Shown here: piece after piece, positions 45,098 through 54,153 of the stretch
Layout of the letters: each line of letters begins with the position of its first letter
Numbering within the stretch: position 1 is the first letter of the stretch
NCBI GenBank assembly: GCA_024229395.1
Contig: JAAESM010000050.1
Coordinates: forward strand, 58,043-122,042
Origin: Planctomycetota bacterium
GTDB lineage: Bacteria > Planctomycetota > UBA1135
DNA: 64,000 nt
Reading direction: 5' to 3'
The notes under the pieces: model-generated
Seen by the model: only the letters and a program-made list of their open reading frames with translations
The model's database searches: none
What the model was told of the DNA's origin: nothing
Made by a program: the position numbers and the translations under genes

Positions 45098-45898
45098 CTA
45101 GTCCTGGCAAAGCCCCGTGAAGGGATCCGGTTGGTAGAACACGCGCCATAGGTAAAGACCCTCGGCTGCGGCGGTTGCGCCGGCCCGTTGGCGATCGCGG
45201 CCATCCCGCACCTGGGTCACCCACTGCGGCCCGCGCTTTCCGTAGCCAACCTCCAACAGGGTGCCGACCATATTGCGCACCTGGCGGTAGAGAAAGCCCT
45301 TGCCGCGGAAGTGAAAGGCCAAGCCGCCGCGCATCGGTTTGATGTGGGCCGAGGTAATCGTGCGGATGGTGGTGGTGGTACTGCGACCGGCAGCGGCGAA
45401 GGCTTCAAAGTCGTGGGTGCCAATCAGGGCCGGCAGCGCTTGGCGCATGGCATCCATGTCCAACGGGCGACGAATCCACGCCACCTTGCCGCGCTGCAAT
45501 ACCGGGCGTTCGGAACCGGTCGCTGCGAAGTAGACATAGTGTTTGCCGACGGCACTCTGGCAAGCGTGGAATCCTGGCGGCGCTTCCGCCGCGCAACGGA
45601 CCGCCAGGTCATCGGGCAAGTAGGCATTCATGGCGCGCACGATCTTGTCGGCCGACAAACGTTTCACGGCCGGCAAGTGCACCACTTGGCCGAAAGCATG
45701 CACACCACTATCGGTGCGGCCACTGCCATGCACGACTTGGCTTTCACCCGAAACCGCAGTCCATGCGGTTTCCAACTCCTCCTGCACGGTGCGGAAACCT
45801 GGCTGCCGTTGAAAACCACAGAAGGCACCACCGTCGTACTTGACGATCATGGCAACGCGGCGTGGCGCGACGAAGTCGGCAGCAGGATCCTTAGTCAT
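45098..45898 (-). CDS. truA: tRNA pseudouridine(38-40) synthase
   Basis: Carries IVKYDGGAFCGFQRQPG and GSGRTDSGVHAFGQVVH (catalytic Asp). The start is uncertain among 45931, 45898 and 45850. Confidence 0.9.
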   Translation of the reverse strand: MTKDPAADFVAPRRVAMIVKYDGGAFCGFQRQPGFRTVQEELETAWTAVSGESQVVHGSGRTDSGVHAFGQVVHLPAVKRLSADKIVRAMNAYLPDDLAVRCAAEAPPGFHACQSAVGKHYVYFAATGSERPVLQRGKVAWIRRPLDMDAMRQALPALIGTHDFEAFAAAGRSTTTTIRTITSAHIKPMRGGLAFHFRGKGFLYRQVRNMVGTLLEVGYGKRGPQWVTQVRDGRDRQRAGATAAAEGLYLWRVFYQPDPFTGLCQD

Positions 45899-46493
45899 CC
45901 AATGGACGACGCCCACGATAGGCGTCGGCAAGAATCTCGCCGTGCAGGTATTCCAAGCGTGCGCCCGCTGGCAAACCGCGCGCCAGACGAGTGATGTTGG
46001 CCTTGGTATCGCTGAGCACTTCCATCACGCTAAGTGCAGCACCCTCGCCTTCACGATCGGGCGCAGTCGCAAGCACGACTTCCGTCACGCCTTCTTGTTC
46101 GACACGCCGACGCAATGCGTTCAATGCGTTGGCGTCGGGTTCGGCACCTTCACGCGGTGCGAAACCTTCCAACAACACGTGATACAAACCTTCGTGAACG
46201 CCGGCACTCTCGAGCTTCTCGACCTCACGTGGACCTTCGACCACGCACACTACTGAAGGATCACGTCCCTCGTCGGAACAGATCGCACAGGGGGAACGCA
46301 AGGTAATGTTGCCACAGGTCTCGCAACGTTGGGTTTCGATGCGCGCATCGCGCAAAGCCATCGCCAGGTCAGCGACCTCTTCACGCGAGGAACGCAAGAC
46401 ATGCAAAGCCATCCGCTCAGCACTACGCGCGCCAACGCCAGGGAAGCGCTCCAAGGCGCGGATCAATCGCTCTAGTGGTTCCGGAAAGGCCAC
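45891..46493 (-). CDS. recR: recombination protein RecR
   Basis: HhH N-terminus, zinc finger CETCGNITLRSPCAICSD and a Toprim domain. Confidence 0.93.
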   Translation of the reverse strand: MAFPEPLERLIRALERFPGVGARSAERMALHVLRSSREEVADLAMALRDARIETQRCETCGNITLRSPCAICSDEGRDPSVVCVVEGPREVEKLESAGVHEGLYHVLLEGFAPREGAEPDANALNALRRRVEQEGVTEVVLATAPDREGEGAALSVMEVLSDTKANITRLARGLPAGARLEYLHGEILADAYRGRRPLDD

Positions 46494-46495
46494 GC

Positions 46496-46819
46496 TTACA
46501 TCATGCCTGGCAAGCCCATGCCGCCAGTTACACCTTTCATCGCTTCGGAGTGGGCCGCTTCGGCTTGCTTCAGGGCTTCCTTGACGGCTGCACCGACGAG
46601 GTCCTCGAGCATTTCTACTTCCTTCGGGTCGACGACTTCCGCATCGATCTTGATCGATTGGAATTCGCGCGCGCCACTGACGAAGACCTTCACTGCACCA
46701 CCACCGGCACTGCCCTCAAAGCTCTTCTTGTTGAGCTCATCCTGCATGTCGGAAACTTGCTGCTGCATTTTTTTAGCTTGGCGCAACAAACCGCCAAGAT
46801 CACCGAGACTTCCTGCCAT
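46496..46819 (-). CDS. ybaB: YbaB/EbfC nucleoid-associated protein
   Basis: 107 aa. Sits in the conserved dnaX-ybaB-recR position. ..LLRQAKKMQQQV..GGGAVKV... Confidence 0.9.
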   Translation of the reverse strand: MAGSLGDLGGLLRQAKKMQQQVSDMQDELNKKSFEGSAGGGAVKVFVSGAREFQSIKIDAEVVDPKEVEMLEDLVGAAVKEALKQAEAAHSEAMKGVTGGMGLPGMM

Positions 46820-46840
46820 CGTTTTCTTTTGTGTGTTTGG

Positions 46841-48658
46841 TTAGGGCATTTCCTCTTGTCCGCCAAAGGATTCGAGCAGACTGTCGACCACCGGATCCTG
46901 CTCCACGCTGGCGCCTGTGTCATAAGTGAAACGCCACGGCCCGGGACTCCATGCCAAGCGGGCCAATGCCTTCAGTTCAATCGGGTCTTCGACCAGATTG
47001 CGATCACGCTGTTCCAAGGGATACAAGGTGATGACGACGGTGTCGCCTTCGAGCACACCGGCGACGTAGTTGCGTCGCACGACCGCGGCCAAAGTTGGGC
47101 GTTCGTTTTCGAGGCGTTGCAGCAGTGCTTCGATGTCGCGCAGGACGACGCTGCTGGGTGCTGCGGGTGTGGTGGCCGCGGGTGCTTGCGTTGGTGCGGG
47201 CGCCGAAGTTGCTGCGGGTGCAGGTGCACTTGCTTGCGGCACTGCCGCTGGCGCAACACTTGGTTGTGCTAGTGCTGCAGGAACAGGCGGAGTTGTAGCG
47301 GCTGACGCTGCTGGTGCGGGCGCCGGCACTGTAGGTGCTTGCGACTGCGGCATAGGCGCCGGGGTCGGAACAGGTGTTGGCGTTGCTTGCGGCACAGGAG
47401 CTACAGGCGCAGCGGCTGGCGCAGGTGCTGGAGTTGCTACGGGCGCAGGCGGCGCAGTTTGTGGCGCAGCGCTTGGGGCGGCAGCGACCGGCGCTACAAA
47501 GTCACTGCCCTGGCTCTTTCCCAGCAGTTGCGCCAGGTCAAAGAACTGCCCAACACGCGCTGCTCGTAACAAGGTCCATTCCAACAAGGCGCGCGCGCCC
47601 AGAGGCGATTTCTGCATGCGGTTTTCCAGATGGAACATCATGCCGAGCACACCTTCAAGATTGTCGCGACCCATTTGGCGGGCCAACTCGATCATGCGTG
47701 CGCGCCGCTCCGGAGCAGGCTCTACACCGAGTGCATCCTCTCCCAGCAAAGCCACGTGCAACAAGTCGCGCAAAGCATCGACCGCTTGCTCGACAAAATC
47801 ACGTTCGGTGCCACCGCGTTCCAAGAAGCCTTCGACCTCTTGCAGGATGACTGCAGCTTGATCGGCAGCCATGGCTTCGAACAAAGTCAACCAACGCTCG
47901 GGTCGGGCCAGACCAGCCACGCTCTCCAAGTCATCCAAAGTGACTTTCTCACCGGCGGTGGCGAGTACTTGATCGAGCATCGATTCTGCATCCCTCATGC
48001 CGCCACGACATCCACGCGAGATTGCTTGCAGCACTTCGGGATCGACCTGCATGCCTTCGGCCTCGCAGACGCGCGCTAATTTGGCCTGAATATCGATCTC
48101 GCGCAGGCGTCGGAATTCGAACAGCTGACAGCGCGACACGATGGTGTCGGGAATCTTGTGCGGGTCGGTGGTCGCGAACAGGAACATTGCGTGTTCCGGC
48201 GGCTCCTCCAACGTCTTCAACAAGGCGTCGAAGGCTTGACCGGAAAGGCGCTGCACTTCGTCAATGATGTAGATCTTGCGGCGGTCGCGAATCGGCTGGG
48301 TTTGCACAGCATCACGAATGCCACGCACATCATCCACACCGTTGTTGGAAGCACCATCGATCTCGATCACATCAATATCGCCGCCGCGTTCGATATCGCG
48401 GCACATGTTGCATTCCAGACAAGGCTCCACGGTGGGCCCTTGTTCGCAGTTCATCGATTTGGCGATGATCCGTGCGGTGGTGGTCTTTCCCACACCCCGC
48501 GGCCCGATCAGAAGATAGGCCTGGCCCACGCGCTGGCGCTCAATCGCGCGGCTGAGCGCATGCACGATGTGCTCCTGACCGATGACCTCGGAGAACGTAC
48601 GCGGGCGATATTTGCGCGCAAAAACGCGGTAGGTCGGGGCGGGCTCGCTCACTTGCAT
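46841..48658 (-). CDS. dnaX: DNA polymerase III subunit gamma/tau
   Basis: Walker A GPRGVGKTT, zinc module CEQGPTVEPCLECNMC and SRC motif. Carries a 115-aa Pro/Ala-rich linker (47153-47497). Confidence 0.93.
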   Translation of the reverse strand: MQVSEPAPTYRVFARKYRPRTFSEVIGQEHIVHALSRAIERQRVGQAYLLIGPRGVGKTTTARIIAKSMNCEQGPTVEPCLECNMCRDIERGGDIDVIEIDGASNNGVDDVRGIRDAVQTQPIRDRRKIYIIDEVQRLSGQAFDALLKTLEEPPEHAMFLFATTDPHKIPDTIVSRCQLFEFRRLREIDIQAKLARVCEAEGMQVDPEVLQAISRGCRGGMRDAESMLDQVLATAGEKVTLDDLESVAGLARPERWLTLFEAMAADQAAVILQEVEGFLERGGTERDFVEQAVDALRDLLHVALLGEDALGVEPAPERRARMIELARQMGRDNLEGVLGMMFHLENRMQKSPLGARALLEWTLLRAARVGQFFDLAQLLGKSQGSDFVAPVAAAPSAAPQTAPPAPVATPAPAPAAAPVAPVPQATPTPVPTPAPMPQSQAPTVPAPAPAASAATTPPVPAALAQPSVAPAAVPQASAPAPAATSAPAPTQAPAATTPAAPSSVVLRDIEALLQRLENERPTLAAVVRRNYVAGVLEGDTVVITLYPLEQRDRNLVEDPIELKALARLAWSPGPWRFTYDTGASVEQDPVVDSLLESFGGQEEMP

Positions 48659-48730
48659 ATCCTAGCAGCCGAAACTCGCGCTGCCGTCGGGGGCAAAAAG
48701 CCCACGCTAAGGCCCAAGGGAGGGGTTTTT

Positions 48731-48851
48731 GTAGGAACCGGAGGCCCGGACATCCACGGCGCCCGAGAACTTCCCCTTAGGGCTGCTTCGTTCCCGACCT
48801 GACCCGGTTCAAGAAAGTCTCGCCGCGTGGCGCCGGACCCCCGGTTCCTAC
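48731..48851 (-). ncRNA. ffs: signal recognition particle RNA (small 4.5S type)
   Basis: The minus strand reads GTAGGAACCGG...GGGTCAGGTCGGGAACGAAGCAGCC...CCGGTTCCTAC. This covers the conserved helix-8 motif with its GGAA tetraloop, and the termini pair with each other. It sits upstream of dnaX as in many bacteria. The ends are approximate. Confidence 0.85.
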
Positions 48852-48862
48852 AAAAGACCGAA

Positions 48863-48950
48863 TGGCGGAGAGGGAGGGATTTGAACCCTCGGTACCTTAC
48901 GATACACACGCTTTCCAAGCGTGCTCATTCGGCCACTCTGACACCTCTCC
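48863..48950 (-). tRNA. tRNA-Ser(GGA)
   Basis: GGAGAGG acceptor stem, anticodon loop TTGGAAA, long variable arm, T-loop GGTTCAAATCC, discriminator G and an encoded CCA. Confidence 0.9.
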
Positions 48951-48989
48951 ACGTATTCGGTTAAACAACGAATCCCCCCGATGAGGGAT

Positions 48990-49079
48990 TGGCGGAGAGG
49001 GAGGGATTTGAACCCTCGGTGGCCTCTCGACCACACTGGTTTTCGAAACCAGCCCATTAAGCCGCTCTGGCACCTCTCC
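48990..49079 (-). tRNA. tRNA-Ser(CGA)
   Basis: Same acceptor and T arms as the neighbouring tRNA-Ser. Anticodon loop TTCGAAA, long variable arm, encoded CCA. Confidence 0.9.
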
Positions 49080-49123
49080 TTGGGCGGAGGATGATACCCG
49101 TGCCGACCTTACGAGGAAAGCCC

Positions 49124-49666
49124 CTATTCCTGACTGCTTGGCGGGATTTGCTCTGGAGCATCCGCGAGTGGCTGTTTGGCGCGCTTGCGACGAAAGAACT
49201 CGCGTAAAAGTGCGGCCGATTCTTCAGCCAGCACCCCGCCGACGGCCTCGATGCGGTGATTCAGTCCTGGCAGCTCCAACAACCTTGCGAGCGATTCCAC
49301 ACCACCGAATTTAGGATCGGCTGCTCCATAAACCAGACGCTTGATGCGCGCGTGCAATAAAGCACCGGTGCACTGGATGCATGGCTCGAGCGTGCAGTAG
49401 AGCTCGGCATCGACCAGGCGTTTCTCCCCCGCTGCCGCAAAGGCCTGCGAAAGCGCCAGCATCTCGGCATGGGCAGTCGCATCCTTCAGTGCCTCGACGC
49501 CGTTAGCACCACGGCCAATGATCTGCTTGCCACGCACCACGACGGCACCCACAGGCACCTCTTCCGCCTCCCACGCAGCTCGCGCCTGCCGCAACGCCAG
49601 CTCCATGATGGCCTCATCACGTTCACGCTGACTCTCTGGCTCACGCAGTGGGAAAAGTAAAGTCAT
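49124..49666 (-). CDS. tadA: tRNA adenosine(34) deaminase
   Basis: CDA-fold zinc motifs HAEMLAL and PCIQCTGAL. 180 aa. Confidence 0.9.
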   Translation of the reverse strand: MTLLFPLREPESQRERDEAIMELALRQARAAWEAEEVPVGAVVVRGKQIIGRGANGVEALKDATAHAEMLALSQAFAAAGEKRLVDAELYCTLEPCIQCTGALLHARIKRLVYGAADPKFGGVESLARLLELPGLNHRIEAVGGVLAEESAALLREFFRRKRAKQPLADAPEQIPPSSQE

Positions 49667-49750
49667 GCTCCAAGCCTAGCGGATTCCCTCAAATGCTCAT
49701 CACTCACTGATTGAGGCAACTAAGTCGCCCGCAAGTTCTCTGCTGACGTA

Positions 49751-49820
49751 GCGCCCGGGAAGATTCGAGGCGGAGCCGGCATTGCGAAGCGATGCCAACC
49801 GCCTCAAGATTCCGCGGCGC
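49751..49820 (-). pseudogene. decayed tRNA-sized element related to the adjacent tRNA-Arg
   Basis: 49751-49768 (gcgcccgggaagattcga) matches the tRNA-Arg 3' acceptor/T-loop segment 49873-49890 at 17 of 18 nt. A 70-nt span can pair GCGCC/GGCGC at its ends, but the T-stem is broken and the anticodon loop is non-canonical. Confidence 0.3.
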
Positions 49821-49868
49821 CCCGCGAGCGAGTAAGTTTCCCGCCTGCGGGAAGAACTTACGAGTGAG

Positions 49869-49945
49869 TGGCGCGCCCGGGAGGATTCGAACCCCCAACC
49901 CCCTGATCCGTAGTCAAGTACTCTATCCAGTTGAGCTACGGGCGC
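49869..49945 (-). tRNA. tRNA-Arg(ACG)
   Basis: GCGCCCG acceptor stem, anticodon loop CTACGGA, T-loop GGTTCGAATCC and an encoded CCA. Confidence 0.9.
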
Positions 49946-50056
49946 GTATTTGAGAGGCAGATTTCACAGTCGCCTGCGGCTGCCGTCAAGAGCTAAACGG
50001 AATTCTACTTCAGCCACCTCTGAGTGGCAGCGTATTGCTAGGCTAGATGCTTGTCG

Positions 50057-53000
50057 ATGGAACCCTTCGTTCACCTTCACGTACACACCGAATACAGCCT
50101 TCTGGACGGCGCAAACCCGATCGGAAAGTTGGTTGACGCTGCCGTCGCCGATGGCCACACCGCCCTCGCGATCACCGATCACGGCAACCTTTTTGGCGCC
50201 ATGGAGTTCTACCAGGCTTGCCATAAGCGTGGCGTGAAGCCGATCCTGGGCTGCGAGTTCTACATTGCAGAGGATTCAATGCTGAAGCCGCATAGCCGGC
50301 GCGCCAATCCTTACAGCCACTTGACCCTGATGGCGCATAACGAGAAGGGCTGGGAGAACATGATGGCGTTGTCGTCGGCGGGTTTCATCGAAGGGCAGCA
50401 CTTCCGCCCGCGCATCGACATGGATTACCTGTCCGAGCGTGCCAGTGGATTAACTTGCTTGTCGGGTTGTTTGAGTGGCCCGGTCAACAAGCGCTTGCGC
50501 GTCGAAGATGAGCCTGGTGCGATCCAGACCGCAGGCATGCTGCAAGACATGTTCGGCAAGGAGCATTTCTACCTGGAGATCATGCGCAACGGTATCGCCT
50601 TGCAGGACAAGATGACCGAGGGCATGACGCGCCTGCAGGGTCAGATGAATGCGCCGTTGATCGCAACCAATGATATTCATTACTTGCGCCACGAAGACTG
50701 TGCCGCACAAGATGCAATGATTTGCTTGAACACCGGTTCGCGTTTGGACGATCCGGATCGCTGGCGCATGGACAGCGATACTTTGTACTTCCGCACCCGC
50801 GAGGAGATGAACCGCATCTTCTCCGACATCCCGGAAGCGTTGCGCAATACGCAATTGGTGGCCGATCAGGTCAATGTGGAACTCGAAATCGGGCGCTTGC
50901 GCTTGCCGGTCTTCACGCCTGAAGATGGACGCACTCCCGAACAGTTGTTCCGCGAGTTGTGCGAACGCGGCTTCAAGGAGTTGTACCCCGAGGCCACCCA
51001 AGAAGCGCGCGAGCGTCTTGAGTATGAGATTGGCGTGATCACCGAAATGGGATTCATTTCCTACTTCTTGATCGTCTGGGATTTGATCCGCTACGCGCGC
51101 GATTCAGGAATTCCCGTCGGCCCAGGGCGCGGTTCAGCCGCAGGCTCGATCGTGGCTTATGCGCTGGGGATCACGCGTATCGACCCATTGGAGTACGACT
51201 TAATCTTCGAGCGTTTCCTCAACCCTGCACGAATCTCGATGCCTGATATCGATATCGATTTTTGCAAGGATCGTCGTGAGGAAATGATTCACTATACGCG
51301 TGAGCGTTACGGCGACGAAAACGTCTGCCAGATCATCACCTTCGGCAAGCTCAAGGCCAAGAACGCATTGCGCGACATGGGCCGCATCATGGAGGTGCCG
51401 CTTCCTGAGGTCGACAGGGTCACCAAGAAGATCCCCGAAGGCCCTGGCGTCAAGCTTGGCAAGGCCATCGATGACGAACCTGACCTGAAGAAGTGGTTTG
51501 AGGAATCCGAGCTGCACAAGAAGTGGTTCGACTTGGCGCTGAAGGTCGAAGGCCTGCCACGCAACTCCGGCATCCATGCCGCTGGCGTGATCATCGCCGA
51601 CCAACCGTTGCGTGAGATCGTGCCGCTGGCCAAGGTGTCCGGCAACATCACCACACAGTGGGATATGAAGTACGCTGAGCAGTTCGGACTGCTGAAGATG
51701 GACTTCCTTGGTCTGCGCACCCTGTCGATCCTGCAAGAGGCCGTCAATCAAGTGGAGCGCCGTCTCGGCGAAACCATCATTCTCGATGACCTTGAGCTCA
51801 ATGACGAGGACACCTATGAGCTGCTGCGCAAAGCCGACACCGAAGGCGTGTTCCAGTTGGAATCAGGGGGCATGCGTAAGTTGCTGGCGCAGATCAAGCC
51901 CACGCATTACGAGGACATCATCGCAGTCCTAGCACTGTTCCGACCTGGCCCTCTGGGTTCAGGGTTGCATGAGACCTACGCGCGACGCAAGCATGGTGAG
52001 GAGAAGGTCTCCTTCCAACACGAGATCCTCGAGGACATCCTTGCCGAGACCTACGGCGTGTTGATCTACCAGGAGCAGATCATGCGTGTGGCCCAGTTCA
52101 TGGGTGGCTTCAGCCTTTCCGATGCGGATTCACTGCGTAAGGCGATGGGCAAGAAGGACGCCGCCATGATGGGTAACTTCGAAGGCCAGTTCCTGGAGGG
52201 TGGTGCTGAGCGCGATGTGCCCCCGGAGATCGCCAAGGAAATCTGGGACATGATGGTCAAGTTCGCGGAATATGGCTTCAACAAGTCACACTCCGCCGCC
52301 TACGCAATGGTCACCTATCAGGCCGCCTGGATGAAGGCGCATTACCCCGCCGAGTTCTTCGCAGCCTCGTTCACCTATGAAGCCAGCGACACCGACAAGT
52401 TGCGTTCCTTGATCGAGGATGCACGTCGCCATGGTGTGCATCTGCTGCCACCTTGCGTGAACGCATCGGATTCCCGATTCACCGTAATCGACGGCGAGAC
52501 CGTGCGCTTTGGTTTGGAAGCGATTAAAGGAGTCGGTGGCGGTGCTGCTGATTCGATCATCGAACTGCGCAAGGAGCAGGAGAATGGACATTTCACCAAT
52601 GCCGATGAAGTCTTCATTGGTGGAGTGGCGGCCAGCATTAACCGCGGGACTTTTGAGAGTCTGACCAAGGCCGGTGCCATGGATAGCTTCTCCGAGAGTC
52701 GCGTACATCTGCTGCCGCAACTGGAAGATCGCATCCGCGTGGCGTCGGCCTTGGCCAAGGACCGCGCCAAGGGTCAGGGGTTGTTGTTCGATGCGGCCCC
52801 ATCTCCCACGCCGGCTGTGACCAGCGCCGAGGGCGACTCGCCCCCCCCCCACGGTTCGGCTGCCGAGCTCGATCCCGCCGGACAGGAATTACTGCTGCAG
52901 TATGAAAAGGAGTCACTCGGCTTTTACCTGACTTCGCACCCGCTGGACAACTACCGCGACATCCTCGGCGGTGTCTCGCCGTGGGATAGCCGTTCGGCCA

Positions 53001-53569
53001 AGGAAGCCGGCAGCGACGCCATCTTGGCCTTACCTGGAATCGTCAGTCAACTGAACGTACGAGGCACACGCAACGACCCGGCCAAGAAGTACGCCAAGTT
53101 CAAGGTCGAAGACCTGCATGGAGCCACCAATGCGATCATCTTCCCACGCACATGGGAAGAAGTGCATGAGTTCATCAAGGAGGACTTCGTAGGCTTGTTC
53201 CACGGCCGCCTGCAGGTCAGTAACGATGAAGCCGAGATGATTGTCGACAAGATCGAACCGCTCGGCAGCAAGGACGACATGCGTCTACAAGGAAGCCTCG
53301 AGGTTCGCCTTCATAGTGACCAATCTCCACCGATCAAGGAGATGCAGGAAATCCTGCTGCGTCATGCCGGTGAAGACCGCGTACGCTTCATCGTCCATGA
53401 CGGTAAGAAGGGCGCGCGCTTCGTACGCGCCGGCAAGGAATGGTCGGTGAAGCTCAGCAGCACCTTAGTCGATGAGCTGAACCTGCTGCTCGGTGCCGAC
53501 AGCGCTAAGCTGTCGATGGAACGCGGTACGGTCAAACGTGAGCGCGGTCCGGCTTGGAGCCGCAACTAG
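50057..53569 (+). CDS. dnaE: DNA polymerase III alpha subunit
   Basis: PHP domain MEPFVHLHVHTEYSLLDG and the polymerase core. About 1170 aa. A TTG at 50051 is an alternative start. Confidence 0.95.
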   Translation: MEPFVHLHVHTEYSLLDGANPIGKLVDAAVADGHTALAITDHGNLFGAMEFYQACHKRGVKPILGCEFYIAEDSMLKPHSRRANPYSHLTLMAHNEKGWENMMALSSAGFIEGQHFRPRIDMDYLSERASGLTCLSGCLSGPVNKRLRVEDEPGAIQTAGMLQDMFGKEHFYLEIMRNGIALQDKMTEGMTRLQGQMNAPLIATNDIHYLRHEDCAAQDAMICLNTGSRLDDPDRWRMDSDTLYFRTREEMNRIFSDIPEALRNTQLVADQVNVELEIGRLRLPVFTPEDGRTPEQLFRELCERGFKELYPEATQEARERLEYEIGVITEMGFISYFLIVWDLIRYARDSGIPVGPGRGSAAGSIVAYALGITRIDPLEYDLIFERFLNPARISMPDIDIDFCKDRREEMIHYTRERYGDENVCQIITFGKLKAKNALRDMGRIMEVPLPEVDRVTKKIPEGPGVKLGKAIDDEPDLKKWFEESELHKKWFDLALKVEGLPRNSGIHAAGVIIADQPLREIVPLAKVSGNITTQWDMKYAEQFGLLKMDFLGLRTLSILQEAVNQVERRLGETIILDDLELNDEDTYELLRKADTEGVFQLESGGMRKLLAQIKPTHYEDIIAVLALFRPGPLGSGLHETYARRKHGEEKVSFQHEILEDILAETYGVLIYQEQIMRVAQFMGGFSLSDADSLRKAMGKKDAAMMGNFEGQFLEGGAERDVPPEIAKEIWDMMVKFAEYGFNKSHSAAYAMVTYQAAWMKAHYPAEFFAASFTYEASDTDKLRSLIEDARRHGVHLLPPCVNASDSRFTVIDGETVRFGLEAIKGVGGGAADSIIELRKEQENGHFTNADEVFIGGVAASINRGTFESLTKAGAMDSFSESRVHLLPQLEDRIRVASALAKDRAKGQGLLFDAAPSPTPAVTSAEGDSPPPHGSAAELDPAGQELLLQYEKESLGFYLTSHPLDNYRDILGGVSPWDSRSAKEAGSDAILALPGIVSQLNVRGTRNDPAKKYAKFKVEDLHGATNAIIFPRTWEEVHEFIKEDFVGLFHGRLQVSNDEAEMIVDKIEPLGSKDDMRLQGSLEVRLHSDQSPPIKEMQEILLRHAGEDRVRFIVHDGKKGARFVRAGKEWSVKLSSTLVDELNLLLGADSAKLSMERGTVKRERGPAWSRN

Positions 53570-53697
53570 AGTTCGACTCCGGCTGCCCACTTCTGAGACT
53601 TCGCACGGTCTATCGCCCGATTCATTTCCCATTCCACTCCCCAAGCCTTCCGTGCCCGTTCTTAAGGTGCTGAAATGGAGGCCTTGGCCGGAATAAG

Positions 53698-53729
53698 AAA
53701 AGCCGGTTGGTTTTCACCAACCGGCTTTT
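53698..53729. terminator. bidirectional intrinsic terminator between dnaE and rplQ
   Basis: Perfect 13-bp stem AAAAGCCGGTTGG/CCAACCGGCTTTT with loop TTTTCA. A T-run follows the GC core on both strands. Confidence 0.8.
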
Positions 53730-53750
53730 GCCGTAATCACCTAGTGGTGA

Positions 53751-54143
53751 TTAGCCTTCGTCGCTTTCGAAGTCAGGCTCGGAACGCTCGACCAACTCGA
53801 AGATGGCCATGGGAGCTTGGTCGCCGAGACGGGTCTTGTCCAACTTCAGGATGCGAGTGTAACCACCTGGACGATCCTTGAAGCGAGGGCCAAGTACATC
53901 GAAGAGCTTGGTGGTTGCCGTGCGGTTGTTGCCGAGCATTGCCAGGGCACGACGGTAGTTATGAAGGTTCTTCTCCTTCGCCAGAGTAATCAACTTCTCG
54001 GCGAATGGACGGTGGACTTTAGCCTTGGTAACGGTGGTCTCGATGCGCTCGTGCTCGATCAAAGCGATCACGATGTTACGAGCCAGGGCACGCCGGTGGG
54101 AGCCAGTACGGGAAAGGTTGTTGGTCTTTACGCGGTGACGCAT
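53751..54143 (-). CDS. rplQ: 50S ribosomal protein L17 (bL17)
   Basis: The internal ATG at 54143 gives MRHRVKTNNLSRTGSHRRAL... Confidence 0.95.
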   Translation of the reverse strand: MRHRVKTNNLSRTGSHRRALARNIVIALIEHERIETTVTKAKVHRPFAEKLITLAKEKNLHNYRRALAMLGNNRTATTKLFDVLGPRFKDRPGGYTRILKLDKTRLGDQAPMAIFELVERSEPDFESDEG

Positions 54144-54153
54144 GTTCTTGCTC

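Noticed and set aside
47153-47497. Quasi-periodic GC-rich DNA (gctgc/ggtgc/ggcgc units) that could be mistaken for a tandem repeat or array.
   Set aside because: It is in frame within dnaX and encodes the Pro/Ala/Thr-rich gamma/tau linker. It has no spacer-repeat structure.
46475-47861. Long plus-strand ORFs (265, 263 and 158 aa) opposite ybaB and dnaX.
   Set aside because: They lie antisense to unmistakable dnaX and ybaB coding sequence. Their low-complexity Ala/Gly/Arg products mirror the Pro/Ala linker codons.
46841-48658. Looked for a programmed -1 frameshift or slippage site in dnaX (A AAA AAG-type heptamer or a long A-run) that would produce a gamma subunit.
   Set aside because: I saw no A/T run of 6 or more and no such heptamer in the coding strand by eye, so I make no claim. 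A computational scan would be needed for certainty.
48650-50050. tRNA cluster considered as an integration hot spot or genomic-island boundary.
   Set aside because: No integrase, phage or foreign genes flank it. Both sides are core housekeeping genes. Only the short tRNA-Arg-like remnant, reported separately, hints at past rearrangement.
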